This document shows positions 46,693-57,320 of a stretch of DNA of 64,000 bases, piece by piece. The position numbers and the translations under genes were made by a program. The notes below the pieces were generated by a model. The model did no database searches. It saw nothing but the letters and a program-made list of their open reading frames with translations, and had not been told where the DNA came from. The stretch comes from a virus, in the IMG/VR virus record IMGVR_UViG_3300032291_003441, positions 1 to 64,000 of that record; one strand, 5' to 3'. Each line of letters starts with the position of its first letter. Within the stretch, counting starts at the first letter, position 1.

Positions 46693-48450
46693 TTAGATAG
46701 TGTTTAATCCACTAATATAAATTTTTCCATAAAATTCTGGACGTAACATCTTCTTAGCGTAACGAGTTAACAAACCTTTACGTGGTGTGAAGGTTTCTGG
46801 ATCGTAAACTAGAGGAGTCATGATTAAAGGAATGTAAGGAGCGAATACAGCACCTGTTTCCAAGAACTGAGAACCTCTGTAACCCATAAGGATCAAGTTT
46901 TCAGTCATGTAAGGGTTCTTGTAAACTTTGTAGCGACCGTTTACTGTACCGATTTTCTGTACACCGAAAGCATATTCCATTTGATCAGCTTCACCGTTTG
47001 AAGTAGAAGCGAATCCTGGGATTGATTCCAAGATAGTTGCTACTGTAGGAGAAGTAACCAAGAAATTAGCGCCTCCACGTAAAGTCAACTGGTGGATCTT
47101 GTTAGACACCTTTTGGATCTTAGTTCCTAAAGTTTGGAACCATTGACCTTGAGTGTTGTAGAATCCAGAAGCAGCAGTAGCGAAGTTACCGTTTGAATAA
47201 ACTGTGTTGTTGATAGCTGACCAGTACTCAGTAGCAGCAGAAGCATCTTCGATCAACATATCCAAGATTTCCAAATCAATTTCCATTGAAATGTACTCAG
47301 ACATGATGTTAGTTAATTCAGCTTCAGCATCGATGTTTTGGTAAGCAGCTAAATCTTGAGCAAATTCAGGAGTCCATACTGCCTTCAATTTCTTGGTTTT
47401 AGCAGTGATAGGCTGTGATTGCATTCTTACGTTGATCTCAGGGATAACGATCTGTTGAGCCGAAGCACTAGAAGGTAATGAGAAAGAACCAGAAGCTTCG
47501 AAATCACCACGACCTGAGAAGTTACCGCTAGTTACGTTGTCACCAGAAGTTACGTTCAAACCATCTTGAGAAGTTGCTTTTTCGTAAGTTACTACGAATA
47601 TAGAACCTGACTGAGGAGTTGAAGCAAAGTTAGCTGAACCAGTAAATACGAAACTAATAGTGTTAGCAGTGTAGTTGTAGTTAGTGAAAGCAGGTACTAA
47701 AGTAATAGCATTGAAGTTAGAACCTGAAGCTGCGATAAAACCACGAACTGCGTCTTGGTCAAAGCTAGGTAAGGTACTGTTAGAAGCAGTGATGGTCATT
47801 TTGTACATTTGACCAGATACTACAGAAGCAGAGTAATCAGAATCAAAATCGCAATCAGCCCATGAAGCAGATACGATAGAACCAGTTCCAGCAGCAGTTC
47901 TAGTCAAAGTGTTAGCTGTTGAAGCTGATATTTGGAAAGAAGCTGAGAAAGTGTTAGTAGCGTAAGTAAAACGACCTGAAGTACCACCATACAAACCACC
48001 AGTTGCATCAACTGTAGAGAATGGGAACTGAGAAGCCGTGTTACGGTTACCATACAAAGAAGTACCAGCAACAAATGGAGTTTTCTCGTTACCATATTGG
48101 AAATCCAAGAAGAACACAAGTCCTGAAGGCATGTTCATTGGTTGAACTGAAACGAATTCTTTAGCTACGATTGTACCGAATACCTTACGAACTAAAGGTA
48201 ATGCAATACCAGCCCAGTTTTCGCCTGTTCCGCCTGAAGTGTAAAATGAGTTAGAAGTGATTTGGTTTGATTCAGTTACCAACTGCTTGGCTTGGTTTTC
48301 CAACAATAATGACATATTGTTTTTATCAACCTCAACCAAACCTTCTAACAATCCGGTCTTAGACCATTTGCCAGCTAATTTAGTGGCATCGCTTTGCAAA
48401 CTCTTCCAAGAGCCTGCAGCGCTTTCTAATAATTGTTGTACGTTTGACAT
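46693..48450 (-). CDS. Major capsid protein (T4 gp23-like) with Ser/Thr-rich insertion
   Basis: KW..TGLLEG, LPLVRKVF, VQPM..PSGLVF, KLKAVWTPE.AQDL, YIPL, GLLTRY. Confidence 0.95.
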   Translation of the reverse strand: MSNVQQLLESAAGSWKSLQSDATKLAGKWSKTGLLEGLVEVDKNNMSLLLENQAKQLVTESNQITSNSFYTSGGTGENWAGIALPLVRKVFGTIVAKEFVSVQPMNMPSGLVFFLDFQYGNEKTPFVAGTSLYGNRNTASQFPFSTVDATGGLYGGTSGRFTYATNTFSASFQISASTANTLTRTAAGTGSIVSASWADCDFDSDYSASVVSGQMYKMTITASNSTLPSFDQDAVRGFIAASGSNFNAITLVPAFTNYNYTANTISFVFTGSANFASTPQSGSIFVVTYEKATSQDGLNVTSGDNVTSGNFSGRGDFEASGSFSLPSSASAQQIVIPEINVRMQSQPITAKTKKLKAVWTPEFAQDLAAYQNIDAEAELTNIMSEYISMEIDLEILDMLIEDASAATEYWSAINNTVYSNGNFATAASGFYNTQGQWFQTLGTKIQKVSNKIHQLTLRGGANFLVTSPTVATILESIPGFASTSNGEADQMEYAFGVQKIGTVNGRYKVYKNPYMTENLILMGYRGSQFLETGAVFAPYIPLIMTPLVYDPETFTPRKGLLTRYAKKMLRPEFYGKIYISGLNTI

Positions 48451-48492
48451 TTTAGTTTTGTTTTTGTTTTTGTTTTTTGTTTTTGTTTTTAG

Positions 48493-49647
48493 TTATTTTT
48501 TAATTCCTGCCAATGTCTGCCAACGGGAGAATTGGTCGTTTACTTCAAGAATTGGCTTTTTAGCAGCAACACCAGAGGGTTTAGAAGCAGATCCTCTTAA
48601 CATTGATTCGTTAACAGTTTTCTTAGTTTCTCTCATACCTTCAGATAAGGTTTCGAATACTAATTTAGCTTCTTTAACACTAGCGGCTTTATCAAAAGCG
48701 GCCAATACTTTTACTTTTTGACTTTCAGTCAAATTTTTAGCTTTGAAGATTTTGTTTGTGTAAAGCAATTTAGCGTTGAACAAATTAACTTCTTGTAATT
48801 CAGTTTTGATAGTAGATAAGGCGTTGTAAGCTTCATCAAGTTCTTCTTTCATTTCTTTAAGCTTCTTCTTGTAGTCTTCAACTCCTTCTTCTTCAGCAGT
48901 GTCTTTTTTATCACCACGCTTTGAAGCAGGAACATCACCTTTGTTACCACCGTACTTTTTACGTTCGTTGATTTCAACTTCTTCTTCACTTTCTTCACTT
49001 TCTTCTTCTTCTTCACCTTCCATACCTTCATGACCACCTTCTAATTCACCGGCGGCTACCATGTCAGCAATTACGCTTTCAATAAATGATTTAAGATCTG
49101 ATTCGTCCATGTTTTCAATATCGATTTCTTCATCTTCTGAATCTTCGATACCGTCTGCATCTTCGTCTGTGTACTCTTCCTCTTCGTCAGCTTCAGCTAC
49201 GTTACCATGAGCTGTAGGACCTTGAGGGTTGTTAATAAGATCTTCTTCTTCATTCATTGCTTCTTTTTCACCAGCTTTCTTTCCCTTTTCGTACTCGTAA
49301 GCTGCTTTACCTTCTTCCATGGCTGAATCTTCTTCTTCCATTTCATCAAGTTCTCTTAAAAGTGCATCTAAGTCCATTTCGTCAATTTCTTCAGCTTCTT
49401 TCATTTTTTCAGTGTCCATAGCTTCTTCTGTTGTGTCGTAATTTTCCTCAATTTCCTTTTCTTTCATCTCGGTCATCTCTTCTTTTGCTTCATCCACTTC
49501 ATCCATTTCGGCTAACTTTGCAGCTAACTTTTCTTTCAAATAGGGGGTAAAAGCTTCTTCAAGAGCGGCCTTTGCATTGGCGATGGCAGTTTCCTTAACT
49601 GCTTTAGCATCGGCAATGGCTTCTTTCAATAAATCTCTGTTTACCAT
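48493..49647 (-). CDS. Prohead scaffold / core protein
   Basis: Very acidic coiled coil between protease and capsid genes; start moved to ATG 49647. Confidence 0.8.
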   Translation of the reverse strand: MVNRDLLKEAIADAKAVKETAIANAKAALEEAFTPYLKEKLAAKLAEMDEVDEAKEEMTEMKEKEIEENYDTTEEAMDTEKMKEAEEIDEMDLDALLRELDEMEEEDSAMEEGKAAYEYEKGKKAGEKEAMNEEEDLINNPQGPTAHGNVAEADEEEEYTDEDADGIEDSEDEEIDIENMDESDLKSFIESVIADMVAAGELEGGHEGMEGEEEEESEESEEEVEINERKKYGGNKGDVPASKRGDKKDTAEEEGVEDYKKKLKEMKEELDEAYNALSTIKTELQEVNLFNAKLLYTNKIFKAKNLTESQKVKVLAAFDKAASVKEAKLVFETLSEGMRETKKTVNESMLRGSASKPSGVAAKKPILEVNDQFSRWQTLAGIKK

Positions 49648-49682
49648 TTTGTTTTTTGTCCTCAAATAATTTTTGTTGGAAA

Positions 49683-49753
49683 TACGCTTATTGTTGACTA
49701 ATGTCGAAGCGTAATAAAATATTTTATCTAAATGCGATATAAGAAAACCGCAT
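49683..49753 (-). other. Structured 5' leader (three hairpins) of the scaffold-capsid operon
   Basis: TACGCTT/AAGCGTA, ATAAAATATTTTAT and ATGCG/CGCAT inverted repeats. Confidence 0.45.
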
Positions 49754-49797
49754 ATTACGAATATACGTATATGGGGATTTTTTAAAAATGCATAAAT

Positions 49798-49824
49798 AAA
49801 AAACCCTCCTTTTTAGGGGAGGGT
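49798..49824 (-). terminator. Terminator after prohead protease
   Basis: ACCCTCC/GGAGGGT stem plus U tract. Confidence 0.7.
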
Positions 49825-49852
49825 CGGTCAAAGGATACTATCCTAAGAGGGG

Positions 49853-50458
49853 TTAAAATATAGGGCATGTGCCATTAGCACATAAAATTTCTGTTAATAT
49901 AGAATTAACTTTAGCATATGAGTTAGTAGGAATTTCTTTACCTTCTTTAACTAATTGCATATATGATCCTGGATTAGATGGGGTTGATACAAAGTCCCAA
50001 CACAATAATTCAAAATCATCTTGTACCTCTAATGTGCCTTCGTTCATTTCTTTTAATGAACCCATTCCACGAGATGATACACCTACTTGAACATTATTTT
50101 CAATAAGTGCTTTTAAAATATTACCTGATACTGTTGGTAAAATTTCTATTTTTCCTATTACCTTGTCTCCATCCCACCAAACCTCTCTGATGATATGAGA
50201 TACGTTTTTAAGAGAAATAATTGTTGAATCAGGGTGATCTAACTCACCTGTGGCTCTGTTTTCAGATACAATTTGGTTGTACTTATCGATTTCACGTTCC
50301 CACAAGTCTTTTGGATAATATCTACCATTACCATTTTTTACTTCGGCTGTAGCTAAAATACCTTCAACTAAGGGATTACCGGAAGGTGCTTTTAAACCTT
50401 CGGTAAGTTGCACTGGAGTAACTTTAAATGGTATAGTTTCAATTAAAACCTGTTTCAT
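49853..50458 (-). CDS. Prohead protease (T4 gp21-like)
   Basis: NGNGRYY, GELDHP, VSH, GVSSRGMGS, DFVSTPS. Confidence 0.93.
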   Translation of the reverse strand: MKQVLIETIPFKVTPVQLTEGLKAPSGNPLVEGILATAEVKNGNGRYYPKDLWEREIDKYNQIVSENRATGELDHPDSTIISLKNVSHIIREVWWDGDKVIGKIEILPTVSGNILKALIENNVQVGVSSRGMGSLKEMNEGTLEVQDDFELLCWDFVSTPSNPGSYMQLVKEGKEIPTNSYAKVNSILTEILCANGTCPIF

Positions 50459-50459
50459 A

Positions 50460-51383
50460 TTAGTAAGACATCATATCGTCATCCTCATCAATAACTTCTT
50501 CTTTAGCTTTACCAGTCATCTTTTCATAGATTTTTTGGTTTTTAGCTTTATGTTTTTCAAGTTCTTTAATTTCCTTATTAAGAGTTTTAACCATAGATTG
50601 ATCAATCATTTCAGCTAATTCTTCTGATTCAGCTAATGCTAATTTAGATTTACGTTTTTCGATTGCCTCATCAATAGCGGTTATTTTTGCCTCTAAAGCA
50701 ACAACTTGTGATGTTTTTTCTAACTCTTTAATTTGAGAATTAATATCAGGACGTTTTGCTTCGTTCAAACCTTCTTTAACGGTTTTAGGTATATCACCAT
50801 ATCCTGATGATTTGTATTTACCTTTAGGTGCTACAGGTTCTCCACCTCCAACAAAATCTTTAGTGTATCCAATTCCCTTAACACCAAATGAAGCCTCAGT
50901 AGCATAGTAATTAATATTTTTAACCATGTTTTTCAACACGATTTGTTTTAATTCATATACACTCTTATCTTTATTCTTTTCATCTTGCATTTCGGTATAG
51001 AAACCCATTAAAAATGATTGACCGTAAACGTTGTCAATATTATCAGGATTATTAGTATCGAAATTGCTTTCTAAATCTTTAGCTACTTCAGGAGCTGGTT
51101 TTTCAAACTCGTTTTGATCACCATATTCTTTAGTATTTTTAACACCTACTGCTTCTTTTAAATTAGTGTCAAAAATAGCCTGCCAATCTTTACGACCTAT
51201 AGTTACTATACCACCTGCGGCCTCACTTAAAAGATTTTTACTTGTTAAAATATGAACAGCAGAATTAAAGTCATTACCTGTAGTAACGTACTCAGGGAAC
51301 ATATGTCTAGCTACTTTTAAGAAGTGGTCTTTATTACCTTTACCTTCTTTTATTAATTGATATTCTTGTTGTAAGGTTTTCAT
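50460..51383 (-). CDS. Hypothetical head-region protein
   Basis: ATG 51383 after motif at 51389-51397; several LxE sites; C-terminal coiled coil. Confidence 0.7.
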   Translation of the reverse strand: MKTLQQEYQLIKEGKGNKDHFLKVARHMFPEYVTTGNDFNSAVHILTSKNLLSEAAGGIVTIGRKDWQAIFDTNLKEAVGVKNTKEYGDQNEFEKPAPEVAKDLESNFDTNNPDNIDNVYGQSFLMGFYTEMQDEKNKDKSVYELKQIVLKNMVKNINYYATEASFGVKGIGYTKDFVGGGEPVAPKGKYKSSGYGDIPKTVKEGLNEAKRPDINSQIKELEKTSQVVALEAKITAIDEAIEKRKSKLALAESEELAEMIDQSMVKTLNKEIKELEKHKAKNQKIYEKMTGKAKEEVIDEDDDMMSY

Positions 51384-51396
51384 TTTGTTATAAATA

Positions 51397-51663
51397 TTAT
51401 GTAAAGAATAATACATTATTACTAGTAGCATCTAATGAAGCACTAGTAACAAAAAGAGGATAATATCCAGGAACAAAAAATAAAGAAGAGCCTGATAATG
51501 CTAGTTCACCATTTGATGCGTCTTTTAACCCACGAAAATGGGCTACTGTTCCTTGAGGAGTAGTAGATGTATTAGGACATACAACAAAACCAGCAAATGA
51601 GCCAGTAATGGTTTGACCTTGTATTAGTAATCTTGATGTTGGATTTACTGGTAAATTTGCCAT
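51397..51663 (-). CDS. Small hypothetical structural protein
   Basis: ITGSF, LSGSS, VTSAS motifs. Confidence 0.65.
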   Translation of the reverse strand: MANLPVNPTSRLLIQGQTITGSFAGFVVCPNTSTTPQGTVAHFRGLKDASNGELALSGSSLFFVPGYYPLFVTSASLDATSNNVLFFT

Positions 51664-51666
51664 GTT

Positions 51667-52524
51667 TTATTTTTTAAATAGTTCTATTAAGTCGTTTAAA
51701 TAATCGTTTGCTAAATCAGTACCATAAACAATACTAAATGATTCTGGATTTTGTCTATAATAATCCATAGTCTCGTGTTTTGCTTGTTGTAATAATGGTA
51801 ATAATTGGTTTAATTTTCTTTCTACTTCATCAAACCCCATTAAACGAGAGGCAATGAATTGTTTGTTATCAGGATTTTGTATATTTAAGTCCTGTAGATA
51901 TTGTTCAACATTAGTATCCTCTTCCCAAAGTGGTTTAACGATGATACCTTTTGCTGCTTTATTTAATGCTTTTTGGTTAACTAACTTATATTTAAAATCT
52001 TTAACATAAGTATTATTTTTAACCCCTGTTTCACTAGCTGCAGGACCAGGACCCATAGTTGCTCCAGGACCCTCAGTTACTTTTTTAAATCCAGCTTGTG
52101 TATAAGCACCGTACGTGGATTTACGAGGGGATGGACCTGTATGGTTTTCTCCCTCACCACCTGATGTAAATCCTGAGGATGAGGATATAGTAGAATCCTC
52201 TTTTACTGAGGATACTTTATTATATTCTTCGGGGTAATTTTTTCTTAAATGAGTGCGGTACTGATTATAAGCATCTCTAACTTCTTTAGCAATGGTTCTT
52301 AATTGAAAATCACCTTTTGCTTCTGGTGATGCAACTAAACTATCTAAAAAATTTTTTGCTTTAACTAAAGTATTATGAGCATTTTCAAAATCAGCTACAT
52401 CTTCAATAGACCAAGTAATAGCTCCAGTTTCAGGATCAACGGCAGTGACAGTAGATTTTCGTCCACTACGTGTTTCGGTATCACCAACCTTGATTTCCTT
52501 TAACTTATATTTAAAATTAGCCAT
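51667..52524 (-). CDS. Hypothetical head-region protein
   Basis: ORF track; operon with neighbours. Confidence 0.7.
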   Translation of the reverse strand: MANFKYKLKEIKVGDTETRSGRKSTVTAVDPETGAITWSIEDVADFENAHNTLVKAKNFLDSLVASPEAKGDFQLRTIAKEVRDAYNQYRTHLRKNYPEEYNKVSSVKEDSTISSSSGFTSGGEGENHTGPSPRKSTYGAYTQAGFKKVTEGPGATMGPGPAASETGVKNNTYVKDFKYKLVNQKALNKAAKGIIVKPLWEEDTNVEQYLQDLNIQNPDNKQFIASRLMGFDEVERKLNQLLPLLQQAKHETMDYYRQNPESFSIVYGTDLANDYLNDLIELFKK

Positions 52525-53374
52525 TTACTTTTTCAATTTCTTCTAATAAAGCAAAATATTGTAATAAATTTACCAAATCATCGTTACCTACGTTAGATAT
52601 TTTACCTAAAGGAGATATCATTTTATTAACTTCATTTAACTTAATTTGAGTTGCCTTATCGGTTACTTTCTTAGCTAATTTAGTTAATTCTTCTTTAATT
52701 TCTACAACTTTAGTATTATAAAAATCTCTTAATTTAGGAGTTGAATCAACTGAATTGATGAATTCTTTTAATACTAATTTTTGGTTATCATTTAATGAAG
52801 CATATTTTCCATTAAATTTTTCCAATAATACTTTATAAGTTAAAATACGTAAATCTTTATCGTATGATTGAAATTCAACCATTAAATCATCCTCAACTTT
52901 TTTCTTATCAAATTGTTTAGTTGTTAAATTTTCTAAGATAGCAATTTTGTTAGAAATGATTTGGTCCGGGTTGGATAATAATTCGCTATTATATATTTCT
53001 ACTAACGTATATAATGCAGCATAAGACTTATAATTAGGTAATTTAGTAGCAAAAAATTCCTCTAAGTTATAATGCTTAGAAATTTCTTGAATTAAATTAT
53101 ACTTTTGTCTTTTTAATGCTCCTCTATTTAAGTTTTTAGAAGATTCAATAACGGAATTAATTACAACCTCTGCTTTACCTTCTGTTAGATTTTTATACTT
53201 AGTTATTGATTCGTATAATTTATACTCTCTACCTAACTCAGTTTTTACAAAATATTTTTTTAATATATGTGTTGCTTTCGAATCTTTTCCCGACAGAGTA
53301 TCTGCAGTAATTTGTCTTACCAACAATTCAAACAGGATTCCTGTATTTTTATACTTCGAATGTTTAATGTTCAT
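52517..53374 (-). CDS. Hypothetical head-assembly protein after portal
   Basis: KHSKYKNTGILFELL N-terminus; ATATTTATA motif at 53391-53399. Confidence 0.75.
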   Translation of the reverse strand: MNIKHSKYKNTGILFELLVRQITADTLSGKDSKATHILKKYFVKTELGREYKLYESITKYKNLTEGKAEVVINSVIESSKNLNRGALKRQKYNLIQEISKHYNLEEFFATKLPNYKSYAALYTLVEIYNSELLSNPDQIISNKIAILENLTTKQFDKKKVEDDLMVEFQSYDKDLRILTYKVLLEKFNGKYASLNDNQKLVLKEFINSVDSTPKLRDFYNTKVVEIKEELTKLAKKVTDKATQIKLNEVNKMISPLGKISNVGNDDLVNLLQYFALLEEIEKVNG

Positions 53375-53409
53375 TCCCCAAAGGTTTTGTTATAAATATA
53401 TAAAGATTC

Positions 53410-55311
53410 TTATTCCTTTAACTTACTTTCATCTAACAATGAATCTCCTAACGTTGATTTTTCAGCTGTTACTCTTTTACCTAAACCCTCTATTAAAGTT
53501 CTGTTTTTTAGGTAAATTTGTTTTGCCTCTAAAGCAAATGGAGAACCTCCTTTAGGTTTAGGATTAATACTATCCGATTCGTTATCGTCATTTTTCATTC
53601 CTTTAGCACCTAATCTGTCTTTACCAAAATTATCATCTTGTGTATTACGATTTGTGGGGTTTTCTTCAGGACGTCCTAATTCTAAATCACTGCCATATCC
53701 TACGGGAACATTTTCTGGTTGGTCGTACATTCTTCCTTTACCATATAATGAGGCCAAATCGTGTGGTGTACCATATGATTTACCTGTCATTTTAGGATCG
53801 TTTCCTTCCTCGGCAATCTGGTTATAACGGAAAGCACGTTTTTGGTCTTCTGCTAACAAGTCTCTGTATTCATCGTACTCATCTTGGCTAAAGTGGAATA
53901 CGTTATCATAAATCCAGTCAGTAGGTAATAATTTAGCTTCCATAATCTTTTGAGCTAAATCTACCTTTTGAGTTAATAACGCAATTTTTTCTTGATCGTA
54001 GATAATAGAAGGTGTAGTCAAATCTAACTCAAAGTTAGTTAATTCCTCACCTGTATAACCTTGTGAATATAAATGTACTAATGCAATTTTATATAATTCA
54101 GATAATGTAATGCGCTGAATACGATCAATTGTACGAGCAAATCTAATATCCTCTGCTGCTAATGTTGCTTTACCACTTAAATCTTTATCATAACCCATGA
54201 ATGCTTTAGGTACTTTAAGAGCGGCAAACAATTTATCACGTAAGTATGTAACGTCCTGAATACCATCGTATTGTAAACCAGGAGCGGTTTCAATCTTAGT
54301 AGTAGTGTCATTACCTCTCATTGGAATGTAAAAATCTTCCAATAAGTTTTGCATGTTGTACTTTAAGTTATACTCACCTGTTTGGTTATCCATTAATGGA
54401 GTACGCTTCATAGTAGAAATAGTTTTCTGCATGAAGTTTTCTACCTCATTTGGAGGAATAGAACCAACGTTAATGTAGAATATACGACGATCCGGGCTAC
54501 GTGAAATTCTATGAATTAACATAGCATCTTCCATCAACACATATTGTTTAAAGATACGACGAGCTGGTTCCAAATACGAACGGCCATAAGGTAAATAGTT
54601 AACATCAGTCAACAATCTAAAGTGAGCCATTTCATAATTGTCAAAATAAATACCTGGTTGGTTTTCTTGGAATGAACCTAAAGTAGGAGTACCATAATAA
54701 CCTGAACCACCAGCGTAAATACCTTCTGGTGAATATCTGAATCTTACAGAATTTGGATGTTCATGATCGTAATTTTCTTGTCTTTCAATATGGTATGCTG
54801 TATAAGGGATAACATTATATACACCATATTTTTCAGCAATTTCCATTTTAAGGAAAAAGTCACCATACTTACACATTTGGCGAATCCAAGACCATAAATT
54901 GAATTCAATGTTTAATACATCATAAAACAAGTTGTAAAGAATTTGTTGAACATCCTCGTTACTACTTTTAATATGAAGTACTTCTCCCATATCATTTTTA
55001 AGAGTAGATTCATCGGCAACAATATCAAGAGCAGAAGCAACAATAGCATCATAGTCCATGTTATCATAATCCGAATAAACCATAGTACGTAAGTACTGCC
55101 AGTTTATATTGATTTGAGCTCCTAGTAAAGAGGAGGCTGCTGGAGAGTATAGACGGTTATATCTATCTACTAGCGAATTAGTTGCTACGTCTCCTGAACG
55201 TTGAATTGAGTCAACGTCCATTACTTTTAATTCACTGTTACCCTGATTTCTAATAATAACGTCTGTTGAAAACAGGCGTTGTAATCGGGTAAATAAACTT
55301 TTATCAGCCAT
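53410..55311 (-). CDS. Portal protein (T4 gp20-like)
   Basis: YGRSYLE.ARR, MEDAMLIHRI.R.P.RRIFYI.VG, EDFYIP.R, ALKVPK. Confidence 0.93.
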   Translation of the reverse strand: MADKSLFTRLQRLFSTDVIIRNQGNSELKVMDVDSIQRSGDVATNSLVDRYNRLYSPAASSLLGAQININWQYLRTMVYSDYDNMDYDAIVASALDIVADESTLKNDMGEVLHIKSSNEDVQQILYNLFYDVLNIEFNLWSWIRQMCKYGDFFLKMEIAEKYGVYNVIPYTAYHIERQENYDHEHPNSVRFRYSPEGIYAGGSGYYGTPTLGSFQENQPGIYFDNYEMAHFRLLTDVNYLPYGRSYLEPARRIFKQYVLMEDAMLIHRISRSPDRRIFYINVGSIPPNEVENFMQKTISTMKRTPLMDNQTGEYNLKYNMQNLLEDFYIPMRGNDTTTKIETAPGLQYDGIQDVTYLRDKLFAALKVPKAFMGYDKDLSGKATLAAEDIRFARTIDRIQRITLSELYKIALVHLYSQGYTGEELTNFELDLTTPSIIYDQEKIALLTQKVDLAQKIMEAKLLPTDWIYDNVFHFSQDEYDEYRDLLAEDQKRAFRYNQIAEEGNDPKMTGKSYGTPHDLASLYGKGRMYDQPENVPVGYGSDLELGRPEENPTNRNTQDDNFGKDRLGAKGMKNDDNESDSINPKPKGGSPFALEAKQIYLKNRTLIEGLGKRVTAEKSTLGDSLLDESKLKE

Positions 55312-55340
55312 TTTTATGTTTTATTATATACTATAAATAT

Positions 55341-56906
55341 TTACAAAATCCAACTAATGTCCTCCATCCCCTTATCTGTTTGGAGGGAATATGGATTTTT
55401 TACTTGGTTTGGATTATAAGCGCCAATATACGAAGTCTTACTCATATTGCCTAGTGTAGCGCGAGTCATGTCGTGACCTTGTTGTTGGAATTTTAACGAC
55501 GTGTCTCTTAAGAACATAGCAATACCAAATGGCATAACCAAATCATCATTATAACCTGTTTGTGCCTCAGGTCTACCATTTTTCCATACAAATACTTTCA
55601 TTTCCTCAACCAAACGTCTTGAACGAATAGTTACGGAACGGTCACCAACAAATTCTCGGAATTTATTCACAATTAACGGTCTAGTACGCATTGACATCGT
55701 GAAGCCAGGGGTCATATCGGATGAACCCTCATATGTCTTTAAATACGACTCTGCTGTGAGTTGATCTGATTTAGGTGATTGGTATATATTGCGATAACCT
55801 CTTTCAATTACAGCATCAATAGTAGCCCATCCAATAGAGGCATTTTCAATTACTAATAATGCTTGATTATATTCTGTGGCAACTCCTACTAGAAAATATC
55901 CAAATTCTTTAGTAGGTAATTGTCCTCTATATTCAGCAACTTGCACGTTGGTTGCAATATCAATTACGTGACAAGTTGAAAAATCTTTACCATCACCTCT
56001 AGCTACGTCAGCTACCACCATATAATCTCTTGTATAGTCTGCTGGTTCCCATACCCAAAAGTTCTGGTCAGCGCCTCTTCTTTCAAGAGGATCTTTTATT
56101 GTTGTTTGAGTAATAAATTCTAACCACTCGTTATAAAATACTACATCACCTGATGTACTAAAATCACAATCACACTCTTGTGATGCTAGTCTAGGATCTC
56201 CTAATAATTCATCTTGGCGTTTTCTCCAAGTCTCGTCTCGTTCAGGGTGAACAAACCAAGGTAATTTAATTGGTAAAAAATCGTTTTCAGCATTTTCTGC
56301 CGCAACCCATGTTTTATGGAACCAGTTTCCTGTACCGTAAGGAGTTGATAGTACAATCGCACCACCACCCGTTGCTAATGTTTGTTGAGCTGAGGCCCAA
56401 ATCTCACCAATTTGCTCAATGAAAGCTGCCTCATCCACTATCAACAAAGAAACGGCTTCTGAACGACCTGCATCGCTTGATGCTGAAGTGGCTTTAATTT
56501 GAGAACCGTTATTTAGCCTTAATGTTAATTTGTTATGTTCGTCTGCTGGTATTTTAAGCCATGAAGGTAAGTTATCAAACATAAACTTAACCTTTGTAAC
56601 CATGTTTTTAGCTGTTTCCTGCTTTGTAGCAATACACAACACGTTTTTATCCTTTTGGAATAACATTAACCATAAAGAATAACCAGCCGCTAATGTTGAA
56701 ATACCTAACTGACGAGATTTTAATACAATTGAGTATGGATTATCTCTAAATAAACGTAATGTTTTTTCCTGAAAAGGATATAAATTGAATATTACTCGAC
56801 CCCTTTGTGGGTGTTGAATATTACAATATTTTTTCATAAAGTGAGCCGGATCTTGGGCACACTTTAGATATTCTTCTCTTATTATTTGTTTTAAGTCTTG
56901 ACTCAT
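55341..56906 (-). CDS. Terminase large subunit (T4 gp17-like)
   Basis: LKSRQLGIST, LIVDEAAF, STPYG, ADVARG.G.D, NDDLVM. Confidence 0.95.
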   Translation of the reverse strand: MSQDLKQIIREEYLKCAQDPAHFMKKYCNIQHPQRGRVIFNLYPFQEKTLRLFRDNPYSIVLKSRQLGISTLAAGYSLWLMLFQKDKNVLCIATKQETAKNMVTKVKFMFDNLPSWLKIPADEHNKLTLRLNNGSQIKATSASSDAGRSEAVSLLIVDEAAFIEQIGEIWASAQQTLATGGGAIVLSTPYGTGNWFHKTWVAAENAENDFLPIKLPWFVHPERDETWRKRQDELLGDPRLASQECDCDFSTSGDVVFYNEWLEFITQTTIKDPLERRGADQNFWVWEPADYTRDYMVVADVARGDGKDFSTCHVIDIATNVQVAEYRGQLPTKEFGYFLVGVATEYNQALLVIENASIGWATIDAVIERGYRNIYQSPKSDQLTAESYLKTYEGSSDMTPGFTMSMRTRPLIVNKFREFVGDRSVTIRSRRLVEEMKVFVWKNGRPEAQTGYNDDLVMPFGIAMFLRDTSLKFQQQGHDMTRATLGNMSKTSYIGAYNPNQVKNPYSLQTDKGMEDISWIL

Positions 56907-56909
56907 AAA

Positions 56910-57320
56910 TTATAGTACCAAAGATAAAATCAAACCTATAGTAGCTATTACAACTGCTGCTTTAGCACCTCTAATTTTATCTTCTAGGTCTGTTATTTTT
57001 TTATCTCTTTCGTTAATCATTCCGTCTTTAGAAGTAATAATACCTTTTAAGTCTTTTACTTTATCTTCTAAAATTAATCGAGTAGTATCACAAATAAATA
57101 AAGCTGTATCCTGTCTAAGGATAACTTTTTCCATCAAGGAGATAGAATCACGAGCTACTACTAATTCTTTTTTAAGATTATCTCTATTGGTTTTAACTAA
57201 TAAAGCATTTTTTAATGATTTAATAGGAACTATTACTGTTGAATCACTTAAACGCTGCTGTGAACTCGCTGATGATATCATCATCAGACATACTATTGAT
57301 GCGATTATGTTCTTGCTCAT
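56910..57320 (-). CDS. Secreted coiled-coil protein with C-terminal TM (spanin-like candidate)
   Basis: Signal-peptide-like N-terminus, coiled coil, hydrophobic C-terminus; overlaps partner gene. Confidence 0.5.
   Translation of the reverse strand: MSKNIIASIVCLMMISSASSQQRLSDSTVIVPIKSLKNALLVKTNRDNLKKELVVARDSISLMEKVILRQDTALFICDTTRLILEDKVKDLKGIITSKDGMINERDKKITDLEDKIRGAKAAVVIATIGLILSLVL

Noticed and set aside
53367-53555. Minus-strand 62-aa ORF overlapping the portal end; similarly 5938..6222, 16057..16293, 46320..46544, 47904..48119, 48849..49037
   Set aside because: Out-of-frame overlaps within or across strong genes, with no supporting motif
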